Shown here: positions 1 through 8,822 of the stretch, piece by piece
Numbering within the stretch: the stretch's first letter is position 1
Layout: every line of letters starts with the position of its first letter
Source: a virus
Length of the DNA stretch: 64,000 nucleotides
Virus record (IMG/VR): IMGVR_UViG_3300028394_000041
Location: 1-64,000 of that record
Direction: 5' to 3' (one strand)
Program-made: the position numbers and the translations under genes
Notes under the pieces: model-generated
What the model was told of the DNA's origin: nothing
Database searches by the model: none
Seen by the model: only the letters and a program-made list of their open reading frames with translations

Positions 1-113
1 TCAAAGTCAGCAATCTCAACAACTACCCCTGCTGGTTTAGACACAACTTCTGCCATACCTCTGTTGATTTCAATTCTTACTATATTAGTTTTCTTCGTTT
101 TAGTTTTACTCAT
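1..113 (-). CDS. hypothetical protein, truncated by window edge
   Basis: ATG at 113, open frame MSKTKTKKTNIVRIEINRGMAEVVSKPAG... running off the left edge. Confidence 0.6.
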   Translation of the reverse strand, partial: MSKTKTKKTNIVRIEINRGMAEVVSKPAGVVVEIADF

Positions 114-133
114 ATATTCAATATACCTTGAAT

Positions 134-391
134 TTAAATTGAGTCAATACGATTATCGAGAGCTTTGTTCATAGCGTAGTTAAATAATGCTTTCTTATCA
201 TTCTTGACCATAGCCAAACCAATTTTAGCAAATTTCTCAAATAGTTTATCATCAACATCAATTTCCATTTGAGTTACTTTAACTTGTAATGTTTTTAAGA
301 TAGAGATTTTTGGAAGATTATCAATCTTCTCGCTCTTTTTAGCTTTACGAACACCTAAAATATTTTTAGATTTCTTCATTTTCTTTCTCAA
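134..391 (-). CDS. hypothetical protein, weak resemblance to 5456-5698
   Basis: ORF in minus-strand gene train; shares a pattern D/EID.D......A.IG.......N.A/G.N.AL with 5456-5698. Confidence 0.6.
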   Translation of the reverse strand: MRKKMKKSKNILGVRKAKKSEKIDNLPKISILKTLQVKVTQMEIDVDDKLFEKFAKIGLAMVKNDKKALFNYAMNKALDNRIDSI

Positions 392-578
392 TCAATCTAT
401 CCTCGCAAGAATCTTCATTGATAACTTCAAGACCCTCCAAGAAAAATCCTGCACCTCTCAAAAATGAAGCTATATCTCTTGTGATATCATCTAAACATTC
501 TCCTTCAAACTCCATTGTATTAGTTGATTTAGTAGCCTCATTATAACCAGTACCTTCTGCTTTTAATGTAAATTTCAT
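366..578 (-). CDS. hypothetical phage protein
   Basis: ORF directly downstream of a sigma70-type promoter. Confidence 0.75.
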   Translation of the reverse strand: MKFTLKAEGTGYNEATKSTNTMEFEGECLDDITRDIASFLRGAGFFLEGLEVINEDSCEDRLIEKENEEI

Positions 579-584
579 TTAGTA

Positions 585-613
585 AATATACTTCTTATTT
601 TAAATTAGGTCAA
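585..613 (-). promoter_or_regulatory. sigma70-type promoter, leaderless
   Basis: TTGACC-17-TATATT, then 6 nt to ATG at 578. Confidence 0.8.
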
Positions 614-616
614 GAA

Positions 617-856
617 TTAATATGTAGCACCGAAAATTCTTACTTGAGCATTAGGATTCTTGCTACCATCTGGACTATCCATCATATTATATTTTGTAGG
701 ATAATCTTGAGCGTCCTCTGCCATACCAGAAGGCAACCATCCTTGATCTTTGCTAACTTGAGAAGTTGTAGAGCAACCCATCAAAAGAAAAGCCAAGAAT
801 ATCCAAGCTAAAAACACAAAGAAGGTTACGATAATTTTAATAGGATTAAAAGTCAT
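617..856 (-). CDS. putative lipoprotein
   Basis: hydrophobic N-terminus ending in a lipobox-like LLMG-C. Confidence 0.65.
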   Translation of the reverse strand: MTFNPIKIIVTFFVFLAWIFLAFLLMGCSTTSQVSKDQGWLPSGMAEDAQDYPTKYNMMDSPDGSKNPNAQVRIFGATY

Positions 857-1004
857 TTCTTAAACCAACACTTTCTATAAGAAGTTGAGCTTCACGATTT
901 TCAATCACTTCATTTACTGAAAGTCTTTCCGTTGCCATTGGCGAGTGATTCAAAAGGAAAGTCAAAACAAAAATTTCTATTGGAGTCCACATAATTTTAA
1001 TTTA

Positions 1005-1040
1005 TAATAGGATACTGGAATTGAACCATATATCCTACTA
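1005..1040 (-). other. hairpin capped by a tRNA-type T-loop (minihelix-like)
   Basis: UAGUAGGAUA-UA-UGG-UUCAAUU-CCA-G-UAUCCUAUUA. Confidence 0.5.
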
Positions 1041-1045
1041 TTTGA

Positions 1046-1204
1046 TTACTTGGCTGAAACTGAAACAACCGACCCGCCAGTTTTATTTGCGAAACGCTTG
1101 CTGGCGATTTTCGCACCACGAAGAGTAGGATATACCTTCGGGGCTAATACTAGCTGACCGCTTGTTGCCTTTACCGACCAAGTGTATGTTTGTGTTTCTT
1201 GCAT
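1046..1204 (-). CDS. small basic protein, 52 aa (not in ORF track)
   Basis: MQETQTYTWSVKATSGQLVLAPKVYPTLRGAKIASKRFANKTGGSVVSVSAK; promoter TTGACT-17-TAATAT ends 6 nt before ATG. Confidence 0.7.
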   Translation of the reverse strand: MQETQTYTWSVKATSGQLVLAPKVYPTLRGAKIASKRFANKTGGSVVSVSAK

Positions 1205-1246
1205 ATTGTTATATTAATCTATATTTATGATATAGTCAACTATTAT

Positions 1247-1453
1247 TTATCTACGATTACCTTTTTGAATCTTCTCTAGTTTTGGAGTACCAACAGCATC
1301 TTCTTTATTGAAAACACTCTTTTTACTCTTGCCCATATGAAGCTCTCTTACATCTTTACCACGCTTTTGATTGCCCCAAGGGTTCATACCAGAATTTTTA
1401 ATGTTGTCTGCGAAATTTTTTATCGCTTTGATTTCTTTATTTGTTAATGCCAT
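1247..1453 (-). CDS. hypothetical basic protein
   Basis: ORF with leaderless promoter TTGATC-17-TAGTAT (1460-1488). Confidence 0.7.
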   Translation of the reverse strand: MALTNKEIKAIKNFADNIKNSGMNPWGNQKRGKDVRELHMGKSKKSVFNKEDAVGTPKLEKIQKGNRR

Positions 1454-1491
1454 ATGACAATACTAACCGAGTTTAAAATTTAGATCAAGAA

Positions 1492-1578
1492 TTATTTTTT
1501 GCAACCGCAACTAGAACAACCGCAACCCAACTTTAATTTAAACAACCACTTAAACGCTTTTTTTAGCTTTTTTAACAC
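1492..1578 (-). CDS. 28-aa cationic Cys-rich peptide (not in ORF track)
   Basis: GTG start; MLKKLKKAFKWLFKLKLGCGCSSCGCKK. Confidence 0.45.
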   Translation of the reverse strand: MLKKLKKAFKWLFKLKLGCGCSSCGCKK

Positions 1579-1741
1579 TTTTCTTTTTTTTCTTCTTGGG
1601 CTTTACTTCTACTTCTTCACTATCAAAATCCATTGAATTTTCTCTATCCCATTCAGCTAAATCACCTTTAGACTTCCAATCATAAATAGCATCTTCTATT
1701 TTGAATCTAATATCCCAAAATAGGTTTGTTAGCCAGTTCAT
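1550..1741 (-). CDS. hypothetical protein with Lys-rich tail
   Basis: ORF; likely start MNWLTN at 1741. Confidence 0.6.
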   Translation of the reverse strand: MNWLTNLFWDIRFKIEDAIYDWKSKGDLAEWDRENSMDFDSEEVEVKPKKKKKKSVKKAKKSV

Positions 1742-1819
1742 AGACGAACTCCGAAAACTCCACCTAAAATAAAACAAGCTGAAAGAATTATAATTTCCAT
1801 AATATTTACTTATCCCTTA

Positions 1820-2029
1820 TTACACCTGCTTTTTAGGCTTGTCTTTGATATTTTTATTGTAGTCTAAAACCTCATCTAGATATTTGTTAATCATATTACG
1901 ACAAGTTCGTTCTTTTTCCACATCTTTACTATAATAGGATTTTTCCATTTTTAATATCTGATCTCTCCAATGATTTAAACTTTCTAATTGCTCTTTATTA
2001 ATTATGATTTTATTTTTTTTAGGAGTCAT
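1820..2029 (-). CDS. hypothetical protein
   Basis: ORF in gene train. Confidence 0.6.
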   Translation of the reverse strand: MTPKKNKIIINKEQLESLNHWRDQILKMEKSYYSKDVEKERTCRNMINKYLDEVLDYNKNIKDKPKKQV

Positions 2030-2043
2030 AAGACTATATTACC

Positions 2044-2436
2044 TTATTTTAATGAAGCTCGCACTTCTTTTTTCCATATATTTATCAGTTCTTCGCTATC
2101 TTTCATATTGTAGTTATCATTTGATCTTAATAAATAAAATGTTTTTTCGCTAGAATCTATTGTATCATTAATAGTTTTGAATCCTTCTCTTAGAGATTCT
2201 CTAGTCTTAAAATAATAACTCCTCATCGCTGGGGTAGGATTTTCCCCCTCTGTGATACTCTGAGTCATAAGATAACCACCTTTACCATCTTTTTGACATA
2301 ATAGAACATTTTTGTATTTGATTTTAGAATATAAATCTGCAAACTCTTTGCTTAAATTTAAATTCAAAATGCAATTATGATAATATACAGCAAAAAAACT
2401 AATACTATCATCAATAATCATTTTAATAAACGGCAA
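2044..2436 (-). CDS. hypothetical protein
   Basis: ORF overlapping the end of the upstream gene. Confidence 0.6.
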   Translation of the reverse strand: MPFIKMIIDDSISFFAVYYHNCILNLNLSKEFADLYSKIKYKNVLLCQKDGKGGYLMTQSITEGENPTPAMRSYYFKTRESLREGFKTINDTIDSSEKTFYLLRSNDNYNMKDSEELINIWKKEVRASLK

Positions 2437-2890
2437 CTTTAACTATCTTAGGATTATTATTAACAAATCTCATCGCTTCTTTTTCGGTCATAAAGAAAAT
2501 ATCAACGACTGGATATTTACCTTTACTAGCTTTCTTTCTGATAACATCTGTGCCAGTATCGTGAGCAAATCTAAATCCAAGATTAGGAATATAAAGTTTT
2601 GAAAAGTAAGGTATGATTCTAGGGTCTACCGCAACACTCTTATTAGGTTTGAGCGTAGCACCAGTAGAGCTTTGTCTTTTTGCACTCCAAGAATCTGTGC
2701 CAGAACCTCTTGCCCAATAAGCAGTTAGTCGAACTTTAATTTCTTTCGTTGGAGTATTGGTTTTAATAAAGTTATCAACCATCTTGTCTTTATTAAAGAT
2801 GATAGGTTTGTGAGATGAGGATGTTATTTCATTCTTGAATAAAATCCAAGAAGCTAATAACAAAACGGATATTCTACATAGTATTTTCAT
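2423..2890 (-). CDS. 3D (Asp-Asp-Asp) domain protein, MltA-like peptidoglycan-acting, N-terminal membrane anchor
   Basis: TAY...VAVDPRIIP...AHDTG...VDIF motifs; promoter TTGACA-17-TAATCT and GAGGA SD-like sequence. Confidence 0.85.
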   Translation of the reverse strand: MKILCRISVLLLASWILFKNEITSSSHKPIIFNKDKMVDNFIKTNTPTKEIKVRLTAYWARGSGTDSWSAKRQSSTGATLKPNKSVAVDPRIIPYFSKLYIPNLGFRFAHDTGTDVIRKKASKGKYPVVDIFFMTEKEAMRFVNNNPKIVKVAVY

Positions 2891-3004
2891 AACTTGTCCT
2901 CGACTTATTTAAGATTAATTTAAATTGATTAAAATGTCAAGCTAGATTAACTTCTTCTAGCGACTTGATAATTCCTTATGATTATTAGACTTCATAGTAA
3001 AATA

Positions 3005-3046
3005 GATTACACCCCTAGAGAGTATTAATTCCCTAAGAATGTAATC
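3005..3046 (-). terminator. intrinsic terminator-like long hairpin
   Basis: GATTACATTCTTAGGGA / TCTCTAGGGGTGTAATC, ~17 bp with G-U pairs on the minus strand, followed by TATTTT. Confidence 0.6.
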
Positions 3047-3056
3047 GTATTATACT

Positions 3057-3233
3057 TTAGCTCGTTACGAGATCAGAACTACGGAGCTTGCTAGTTAACT
3101 TACGCTTGTCAAAGGAACGCCAATGACGAGTATGTTGGTTAACTTTATCAAGAACCTTAGCTTCACTAATGGTAATTGTACCATTCGTGTTGTCTGTCAT
3201 CTTAACGAAGTATGTTTTGGGTCTATTTGCCAT
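3057..3233 (-). CDS. small basic protein, 58 aa (not in ORF track)
   Basis: MANRPKTYFVKMTDNTNGTITISEAKVLDKVNQHTRHWRSFDKRKLTSKLRSSDLVTS; own TTGACA-17-TATTAT promoter and terminator. Confidence 0.75.
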   Translation of the reverse strand: MANRPKTYFVKMTDNTNGTITISEAKVLDKVNQHTRHWRSFDKRKLTSKLRSSDLVTS

Positions 3234-3669
3234 ATATTGTATAATATAGGATATTTAACTATTTGTCAAATCAGAATTTTCTAAATTCTTGATTTTGTCT
3301 TGAAGGTAAATTACAATGCCTTCTATTCTTAGCATATCTTTTTGAAGTAAGCCTAATCTTTCAGAGTAGACTTTAATATCATTTTCAATGATTTGTTTTG
3401 TCATAATAAATGTTATATTTAATTGTTCTTATTTTCTAAATCATTTTTTACAATTTCAACATATTTATTCTGAGTTGTGTTGCAAAATTTACAAAAATTT
3501 TCAAAATCGAAAACTAATATATAATCCTCCATAGTTGCGTCTGTACGCACTTCTTCCCAAGTGAAGTCATTTTTAAGACCGAAAGATTTTTTCATTTTTA
3601 CCTATTAATAAGGTTACTATATATACCAAAACTCGTCAAGGATATTCTACATCTCATAAATAATTTTGT

Positions 3670-4083
3670 CTAGTTTTTATTTATATTGTATTGAACAAAA
3701 TTAGCTTTACTATCTGTATGATAGACATTTTTAAAATTTAATTGTCTAATCATATCTGAACATCCACAGCAAGGTGCGGAATGATCTAATAGGTTATTCC
3801 TATTAATTCTAGTGTTAACAAGTGTTAAGTTACTGCAATCTTCTTCACCAAATCTTATCACAGCATTTAACTCTGAATGAGTACCAACAATCTCGCTAAT
3901 CTTTTCATTAACTTTATTAATGTAATTGTATTTTAAGTTCATAGGATGAGTCTTAGAATTATTCATACCTATGCTAACAATTTTATTGCGATCAAGTATA
4001 AAAGAAAAGTGACGGCATCTCAAATCTGCATTATGCTTATTTATAAGTGCGTAAGTCACCTCAACGATCTTAGGAAAATTCAT
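3670..4083 (-). CDS. zinc-dependent cytidine/deoxycytidylate-type deaminase
   Basis: HSE ... APCCGC zinc motifs; IVSIGMN N-terminal motif. Confidence 0.8.
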   Translation of the reverse strand: MNFPKIVEVTYALINKHNADLRCRHFSFILDRNKIVSIGMNNSKTHPMNLKYNYINKVNEKISEIVGTHSELNAVIRFGEEDCSNLTLVNTRINRNNLLDHSAPCCGCSDMIRQLNFKNVYHTDSKANFVQYNINKN

Positions 4084-4087
4084 CTTA

Positions 4088-4417
4088 TCAGTCTTTTTTG
4101 TCTAAATCTTCGTATTGTCTTTCAACTTCGTCTGCTTGCTTGTCTAAATCTTCTTGCATTTCTTTTAAATAAGTATCAATCTTATCTAGGTCTGGAACTT
4201 TTGGAGTATAAAAATTGCTAATATAATTTGTGTTGGTATTGCCAAATAGTATTCTGGTCATTAAATGAATCCCAAATCCTTGAAGAATAGATAAATGGAT
4301 ATTTGAAATAGGTTCAAAAAGGTAATTCCAAACAACCGCTACAATCACTCCATAGATTAAACCAAATAGAATGTATGTTGTGGCAAGATTTAAATAATCA
4401 AATTTTGGTAATTTCAT
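4088..4417 (-). CDS. membrane protein
   Basis: two hydrophobic segments and an acidic coiled tail. Confidence 0.65.
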   Translation of the reverse strand: MKLPKFDYLNLATTYILFGLIYGVIVAVVWNYLFEPISNIHLSILQGFGIHLMTRILFGNTNTNYISNFYTPKVPDLDKIDTYLKEMQEDLDKQADEVERQYEDLDKKD

Positions 4418-4719
4418 TATACTAGCCTATTCATAAAAATTGGAGTATATTCTCCTACATAAGAACCTTTTACATTGTAATCAAAATATTCAATAGCTTC
4501 TGTCTGTGGGTCATCTGATTGAGAAAATTGTTGGATTAAGATTCTAATACATTTATCAGTACAATAAATTGCAACTGGATTACCATTAAATGCTTCTCCA
4601 ATACCTAGAAAAGCCTTATCGAATCCATCAGCAAGTAAAATGTCATCTTTATGGTCTGGATAGCACTCGTTAATAAACGATGTGATTTTTTTAGAATGTT
4701 GTTGTGCTTTTAATTTCAT
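4417..4719 (-). CDS. conserved phage hypothetical protein
   Basis: LADGFDKAFLG...EYFDYNVKGSYVGEYTPIF pattern; leaderless promoter TTGCTT-17-TATAAA. Confidence 0.75.
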   Translation of the reverse strand: MKLKAQQHSKKITSFINECYPDHKDDILLADGFDKAFLGIGEAFNGNPVAIYCTDKCIRILIQQFSQSDDPQTEAIEYFDYNVKGSYVGEYTPIFMNRLV

Positions 4720-4908
4720 CTTGATTATTTATACCAGAGTTCTACTTTTTAAGCAAGAACTATTCTTTAGGGGAATTTAATTCAATATCTTCGATAGCCC
4801 AGCGAATATAATCTAATGGGGTAGCACCTTTATTTTCGCCAGAGAGTTTATCCCCTGCAAGCATCTCTTTGACTCTTTGCTCTAAATCTTCTAAAATTTG
4901 CCGTCTTT

Positions 4909-5094
4909 TCATTTCTTATTTATGTACTTTTTAATCTTTTTTACGAGAGATTCTACCTTTTCGAGTTCTTTCCAATTTATACCAGATATGCTCTTATGGT
5001 GTTCATCGTGCCATTTCACCAATGATGACACATCATCTTCTAAATCGTGCAACTCTTTATTTACTTTCGCTACTAATGTTTTTTGATTTTCCAT
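4909..5094 (-). CDS. hypothetical protein
   Basis: ORF in gene train. Confidence 0.6.
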   Translation of the reverse strand: MENQKTLVAKVNKELHDLEDDVSSLVKWHDEHHKSISGINWKELEKVESLVKKIKKYINKK

Positions 5095-5295
5095 ATTAGC
5101 CTAAAAGTTTGCCCATCATTATATTTTCTTCTTCATCTCGCTTTAGAATATACTTAAACTTTGTGTAAAATTCATTCAATTTTAAACCAAGACTCGCTGG
5201 AATAGCATTATCTTTATTCTCATCGTACCAAACTACAAATTCTTGCATAGTTCTAATTGCGTTGATTTCTTGCATACTCTTATACTATACTGAAT

Positions 5296-5496
5296 TTATT
5301 TTTTCTTCAACTTTAATTTTGCGTGATCTGAGAATAAGTTTGGATTGTCCTTGTAAAGTATTTCTAGTGAGGTTTTTGCAAATGCTCTGAGTTCTTTCTC
5401 GTCTTTGATGGCATCAATAATTTTCTTTGCCATAAGACCAAATGTCTTTTGTTCTTTATCGAGGCTTTTTTCGATTTTTGACTTTCTTTTTGCCAT
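5296..5496 (-). CDS. hypothetical basic protein
   Basis: ORF with GTGTAA motif 8 nt before ATG. Confidence 0.65.
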   Translation of the reverse strand: MAKRKSKIEKSLDKEQKTFGLMAKKIIDAIKDEKELRAFAKTSLEILYKDNPNLFSDHAKLKLKKK

Positions 5497-5698
5497 CTAA
5501 TCTATTACACTTATCTTGTGACTGAGCTATCTCAAGGCCACGAATTAAAGCGTGATTGAATCCGATATTGATATATTGTTCTTCGGTGATAACTTCTCGA
5601 CCAATAGAAGCAAGATAGTTTTGGGTATCTGCATCCATTTCTATATCCGCATCATAGACACTCTTTTTCTTAAATTTTCCAATTTTTATTTTAGTCAT
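5456..5698 (-). CDS. hypothetical protein
   Basis: ORF in gene train. Confidence 0.6.
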   Translation of the reverse strand: MTKIKIGKFKKKSVYDADIEMDADTQNYLASIGREVITEEQYINIGFNHALIRGLEIAQSQDKCNRLDGKKKVKNRKKPR

Positions 5699-5900
5699 TT
5701 TGTTCCTCCAATAGAAATTCTGGAATCATATCTTCTTTTGCGTCCTTATCTTCACTAATACGAATCCAATTCGCTAGATCACCATATTTAATTCCTTGCA
5801 TTAAATCTTCATAAAGAGCTTCCGTAGCGTGTCTTACCATCTCGTCATTGTCCATATCCACAATATAATTTAAATCCACACAAATTCGTCCTAGTTTCAT
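5691..5900 (-). CDS. hypothetical acidic protein
   Basis: ORF in gene train. Confidence 0.6.
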   Translation of the reverse strand: MKLGRICVDLNYIVDMDNDEMVRHATEALYEDLMQGIKYGDLANWIRISEDKDAKEDMIPEFLLEEQND

Positions 5901-6067
5901 TTTGTATTCTTATGCTCCATTATAAATTCACTAGCTTGCTCAAGAGCATTAACAAAGTGCATTGTTCTACAATCTTGAGGACAATCTTCGTCAGCTTGAA
6001 TAACAAGCTCTTCTAAAATTTTAATTGCTTTATCCATTTCTTTATTGTAGTTCATTTTATATTAAAG

Positions 6068-6271
6068 TCAATTAAAACCTAATGATGGTCTTTCGTCTTT
6101 GCTAAACAATTCTATGATACGAATGTTGCTTACTAAGTGCCAATCATTGTTGATCTTCATACATTTTTCTGCTGGAGAAATCTCTGATATCTTACCTTCT
6201 TGAATAGCGTGTCTATTTATAGGAAAATTTATAAAAAGAATTTTGCGATCAATTAAATCTTTTAATTTCAT
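6068..6271 (-). CDS. hypothetical protein
   Basis: ORF with ATGA overlap. Confidence 0.6.
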   Translation of the reverse strand: MKLKDLIDRKILFINFPINRHAIQEGKISEISPAEKCMKINNDWHLVSNIRIIELFSKDERPSLGFN

Positions 6272-6447
6272 TTATTTGCTCCATCATTAAAATAAACATC
6301 TATCTTGTCTATTAATTTATAATACTTATCAGTAGCATCGTGAGATATTGAAATTTCATTTAGGAAATCTTGATTAGATAATAAATCTGCAAGGATTCCC
6401 ATAGCCAATTCAATCTCTCCATCAGTAAAATAAGATGATGCTTTCAT
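6268..6447 (-). CDS. hypothetical protein
   Basis: ORF; likely start MKASSY at 6447. Confidence 0.55.
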   Translation of the reverse strand: MKASSYFTDGEIELAMGILADLLSNQDFLNEISISHDATDKYYKLIDKIDVYFNDGANK

Positions 6448-6449
6448 TA

Positions 6450-7124
6450 TTAAAAAGGCTTGAGAACATATCCCCAATAATCGCTATCAGCTTGCTTCTG
6501 AATATCGTCCCACATAATACATCTAGCAATATAAGATGGAACATTTAATTTGTCGCAGTTGTCAACCCAATGCTTTTCCATAGCTTTGTATTTTGCAACT
6601 CCAATTTTTGATTTGCTATACTTTAAATTTTCCATACCATAAAAGCGAAGATGGTGAACATCGCCACATAAAACTCTTGTTAAAATAGGAGTAATCATCT
6701 CAAGTGCAAAACTTACCTTTGCGTAGCTCAAGCCACGAATACGCTCCACAAGGCTATCACGAACCTTTACATAATGTTTTTTATTGTAGCAAGCGAAGTC
6801 TTTTGGATTCTGCCAGAAGTCTTTTGCAAAATCCCAAATGTAATCTGTGCGTTCATTCTGACAACCAACTCCAGAACGAGTAAGACGCTTTAGTAATTCC
6901 TTGCGATTATATCTCCAATAAATAAAGTCACGAATAGCAAGATAACCTTTGATATTACCTTCCCAAGTGGTATGCACCGAGCAGAAGGCGAAAAGATAAC
7001 GCCTAAAAATATCATCATTGGTTAAGGGTTTAAGGGTTTCCCAATACTGCTTGTAGGCTTCTACTTTGTGACTATGAAGCTCGTTAAAGCTGGCGAAAAA
7101 CTGATCTGGTTTAGTTGTATCCAT
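6450..7124 (-). CDS. helix-hairpin-helix DNA glycosylase (OGG2/AGOG-like)
   Basis: LVERIRGLSYAKVSFAL HhH-like segment followed by CGDVHHLR (conserved Asp); leaderless promoter. Confidence 0.65.
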   Translation of the reverse strand: MDTTKPDQFFASFNELHSHKVEAYKQYWETLKPLTNDDIFRRYLFAFCSVHTTWEGNIKGYLAIRDFIYWRYNRKELLKRLTRSGVGCQNERTDYIWDFAKDFWQNPKDFACYNKKHYVKVRDSLVERIRGLSYAKVSFALEMITPILTRVLCGDVHHLRFYGMENLKYSKSKIGVAKYKAMEKHWVDNCDKLNVPSYIARCIMWDDIQKQADSDYWGYVLKPF

Positions 7125-7164
7125 ATCTCAAATATAATTGAATTTTAATTAAAGTCAAAGAAAA

Positions 7165-7380
7165 TTATTGAATAACCCATACAATCTTGTCAAAGTATTG
7201 ACTATCAGCATCTAATACTTCTTCGTGATTACCATAATACCATTCGTTATTTCTATCTTGAAGTATTTTTGCTTGTCTCAATAGCGTAACATCATCTAAA
7301 CCGCCCTCATATCCTCTCACACATATATGAGTTTCTGGTGGCAAATCTTTAAGATGATTAATAATTTCTTTTGCCGTCAT
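7165..7380 (-). CDS. hypothetical phage protein
   Basis: VRGYEGGLDD...WYYGNH pattern. Confidence 0.65.
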   Translation of the reverse strand: MTAKEIINHLKDLPPETHICVRGYEGGLDDVTLLRQAKILQDRNNEWYYGNHEEVLDADSQYFDKIVWVIQ

Positions 7381-7552
7381 ATTCCATCCAATTTCTTGCG
7401 TGATAAGGACTTGGAAAAGTTTTTAATAGTTTAGCATCAATGAAATCAACATTAGGGTAATTGTCTTTACGAGTTTCCTCATAAGCTCCCCATAATTCAA
7501 GGTCATTTCCAAATTCATCCTCTAATTGTTTTATGTATCTAATTACTTTCAT
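7358..7552 (-). CDS. hypothetical protein
   Basis: ORF in gene train. Confidence 0.55.
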   Translation of the reverse strand: MKVIRYIKQLEDEFGNDLELWGAYEETRKDNYPNVDFIDAKLLKTFPSPYHARNWMEYDGKRNY

Positions 7553-7711
7553 ATGTATCTATGAATTTATCCGCTTGAGATAGAGAATCAAAAGTTTTTA
7601 ATAACTTTGTTTTTATTTTAGGTGATTTATAAACTGCCCAATATTGAATATAATTGCCGTTGCAATCTTTCTTTTGCTCAACATATAATTCGTAATCTTT
7701 TTTATTGTTTT

Positions 7712-8002
7712 TCATATGATGATTATATTGATCTTTGCATTAAGTTTATAAACTTTATTGCCCTGCTTTTCATCGGGGTCATTGATTGTATTTCTTTTCT
7801 TGTCAGAGAAGCTATATGCCTTACCATCATCTAAGTCAACAATATTTGCACCAGTAAAATTAGGTACTCTAATCTTCATATATATTGAGTGATTGCCTCG
7901 CTGAACAGATTCGGGGTCAAAAAAAGAGAATACTTCCCCTTCTTTAAGTTTATCAAAATCAATCATAGCCTCTTTGTCTTGTGACGATATTACATATTTC
8001 AT
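7712..8002 (-). CDS. hypothetical protein
   Basis: ORF with GGAG upstream. Confidence 0.6.
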   Translation of the reverse strand: MKYVISSQDKEAMIDFDKLKEGEVFSFFDPESVQRGNHSIYMKIRVPNFTGANIVDLDDGKAYSFSDKKRNTINDPDEKQGNKVYKLNAKINIIII

Positions 8003-8015
8003 ATTTTTTTATCTC

Positions 8016-8318
8016 CTAGAATGGTCTATAACTATACATTCGTTCTGCTATTTTGTAAAGAAAATCTTTATTCATAACTGAAAATTTATATTTCTTTTTA
8101 AACTTAGCTAACCTAAGTATATTGATTGTATCTTTACCAAAGTCTGATATTTTACTTTCGTCTGTGACTAAGTATTCTCCCTTTTTTAAATTGAATAAAC
8201 TCATTATTTCTTCAATCTGATCCTCATACTTGTCTATCTTGCTTGAACCTGCAAACTCAATAATTTCACCATCATATGAAATCATTTTTCCTTTTGTAAA
8301 ATCGTATCTAGGTTTCAT
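8016..8318 (-). CDS. hypothetical protein
   Basis: ORF in gene train. Confidence 0.6.
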   Translation of the reverse strand: MKPRYDFTKGKMISYDGEIIEFAGSSKIDKYEDQIEEIMSLFNLKKGEYLVTDESKISDFGKDTINILRLAKFKKKYKFSVMNKDFLYKIAERMYSYRPF

Positions 8319-8464
8319 TTTGATCTTTCTATTAAATGATCTAATTTGAGCATAATTTCTTCAAAAGAAAAATGCGATGGGTCTTTATCTTTAAGATGAT
8401 GTAATGCTTTATCTATTTTTATTAATTCATCTCTAGTGAACCAAATGTCATATAAATCATTCAT

Positions 8465-8710
8465 TTATCTATTCCATTGAAACTCAAAAATCCAACCTAA
8501 CCAATTAAATCCACATTCAGTAAAGTATTTACCATTCATATAAAAAAATTTAGGCAACAATTTAAATTGAAATGAATTTAAGATATAAAGTCCCATATCT
8601 TTATATCTAATACGATAGTAGACTTTACTAACAAACCTACCTTGAGCCTTCATCTCTTTCTCAAACTCTTCGCTTGTCACTTCTTTTTTCCACTTTTTTA
8701 TCTTCTTCAT
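8465..8710 (-). CDS. hypothetical protein
   Basis: ORF in gene train. Confidence 0.55.
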   Translation of the reverse strand: MKKIKKWKKEVTSEEFEKEMKAQGRFVSKVYYRIRYKDMGLYILNSFQFKLLPKFFYMNGKYFTECGFNWLGWIFEFQWNR

Positions 8711-8822
8711 ATATTTTTTTAATTAATTTGTTTATATCGCTTGCTAACTGATACAAAGATTGATTGATTCCAGTTAAGTTTTTGTTAACATCTACTAATA
8801 TTTGTTCTTGAATTGTCATAAT

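Noticed and set aside
1005-1040. Complete tRNA gene
   Set aside because: Only a stem with a T-loop; no D-arm or anticodon arm
3007-3012. GTGTAA promoter for a 12-codon ORF at 2995
   Set aside because: The motif is part of the terminator stem and the ORF has no other support
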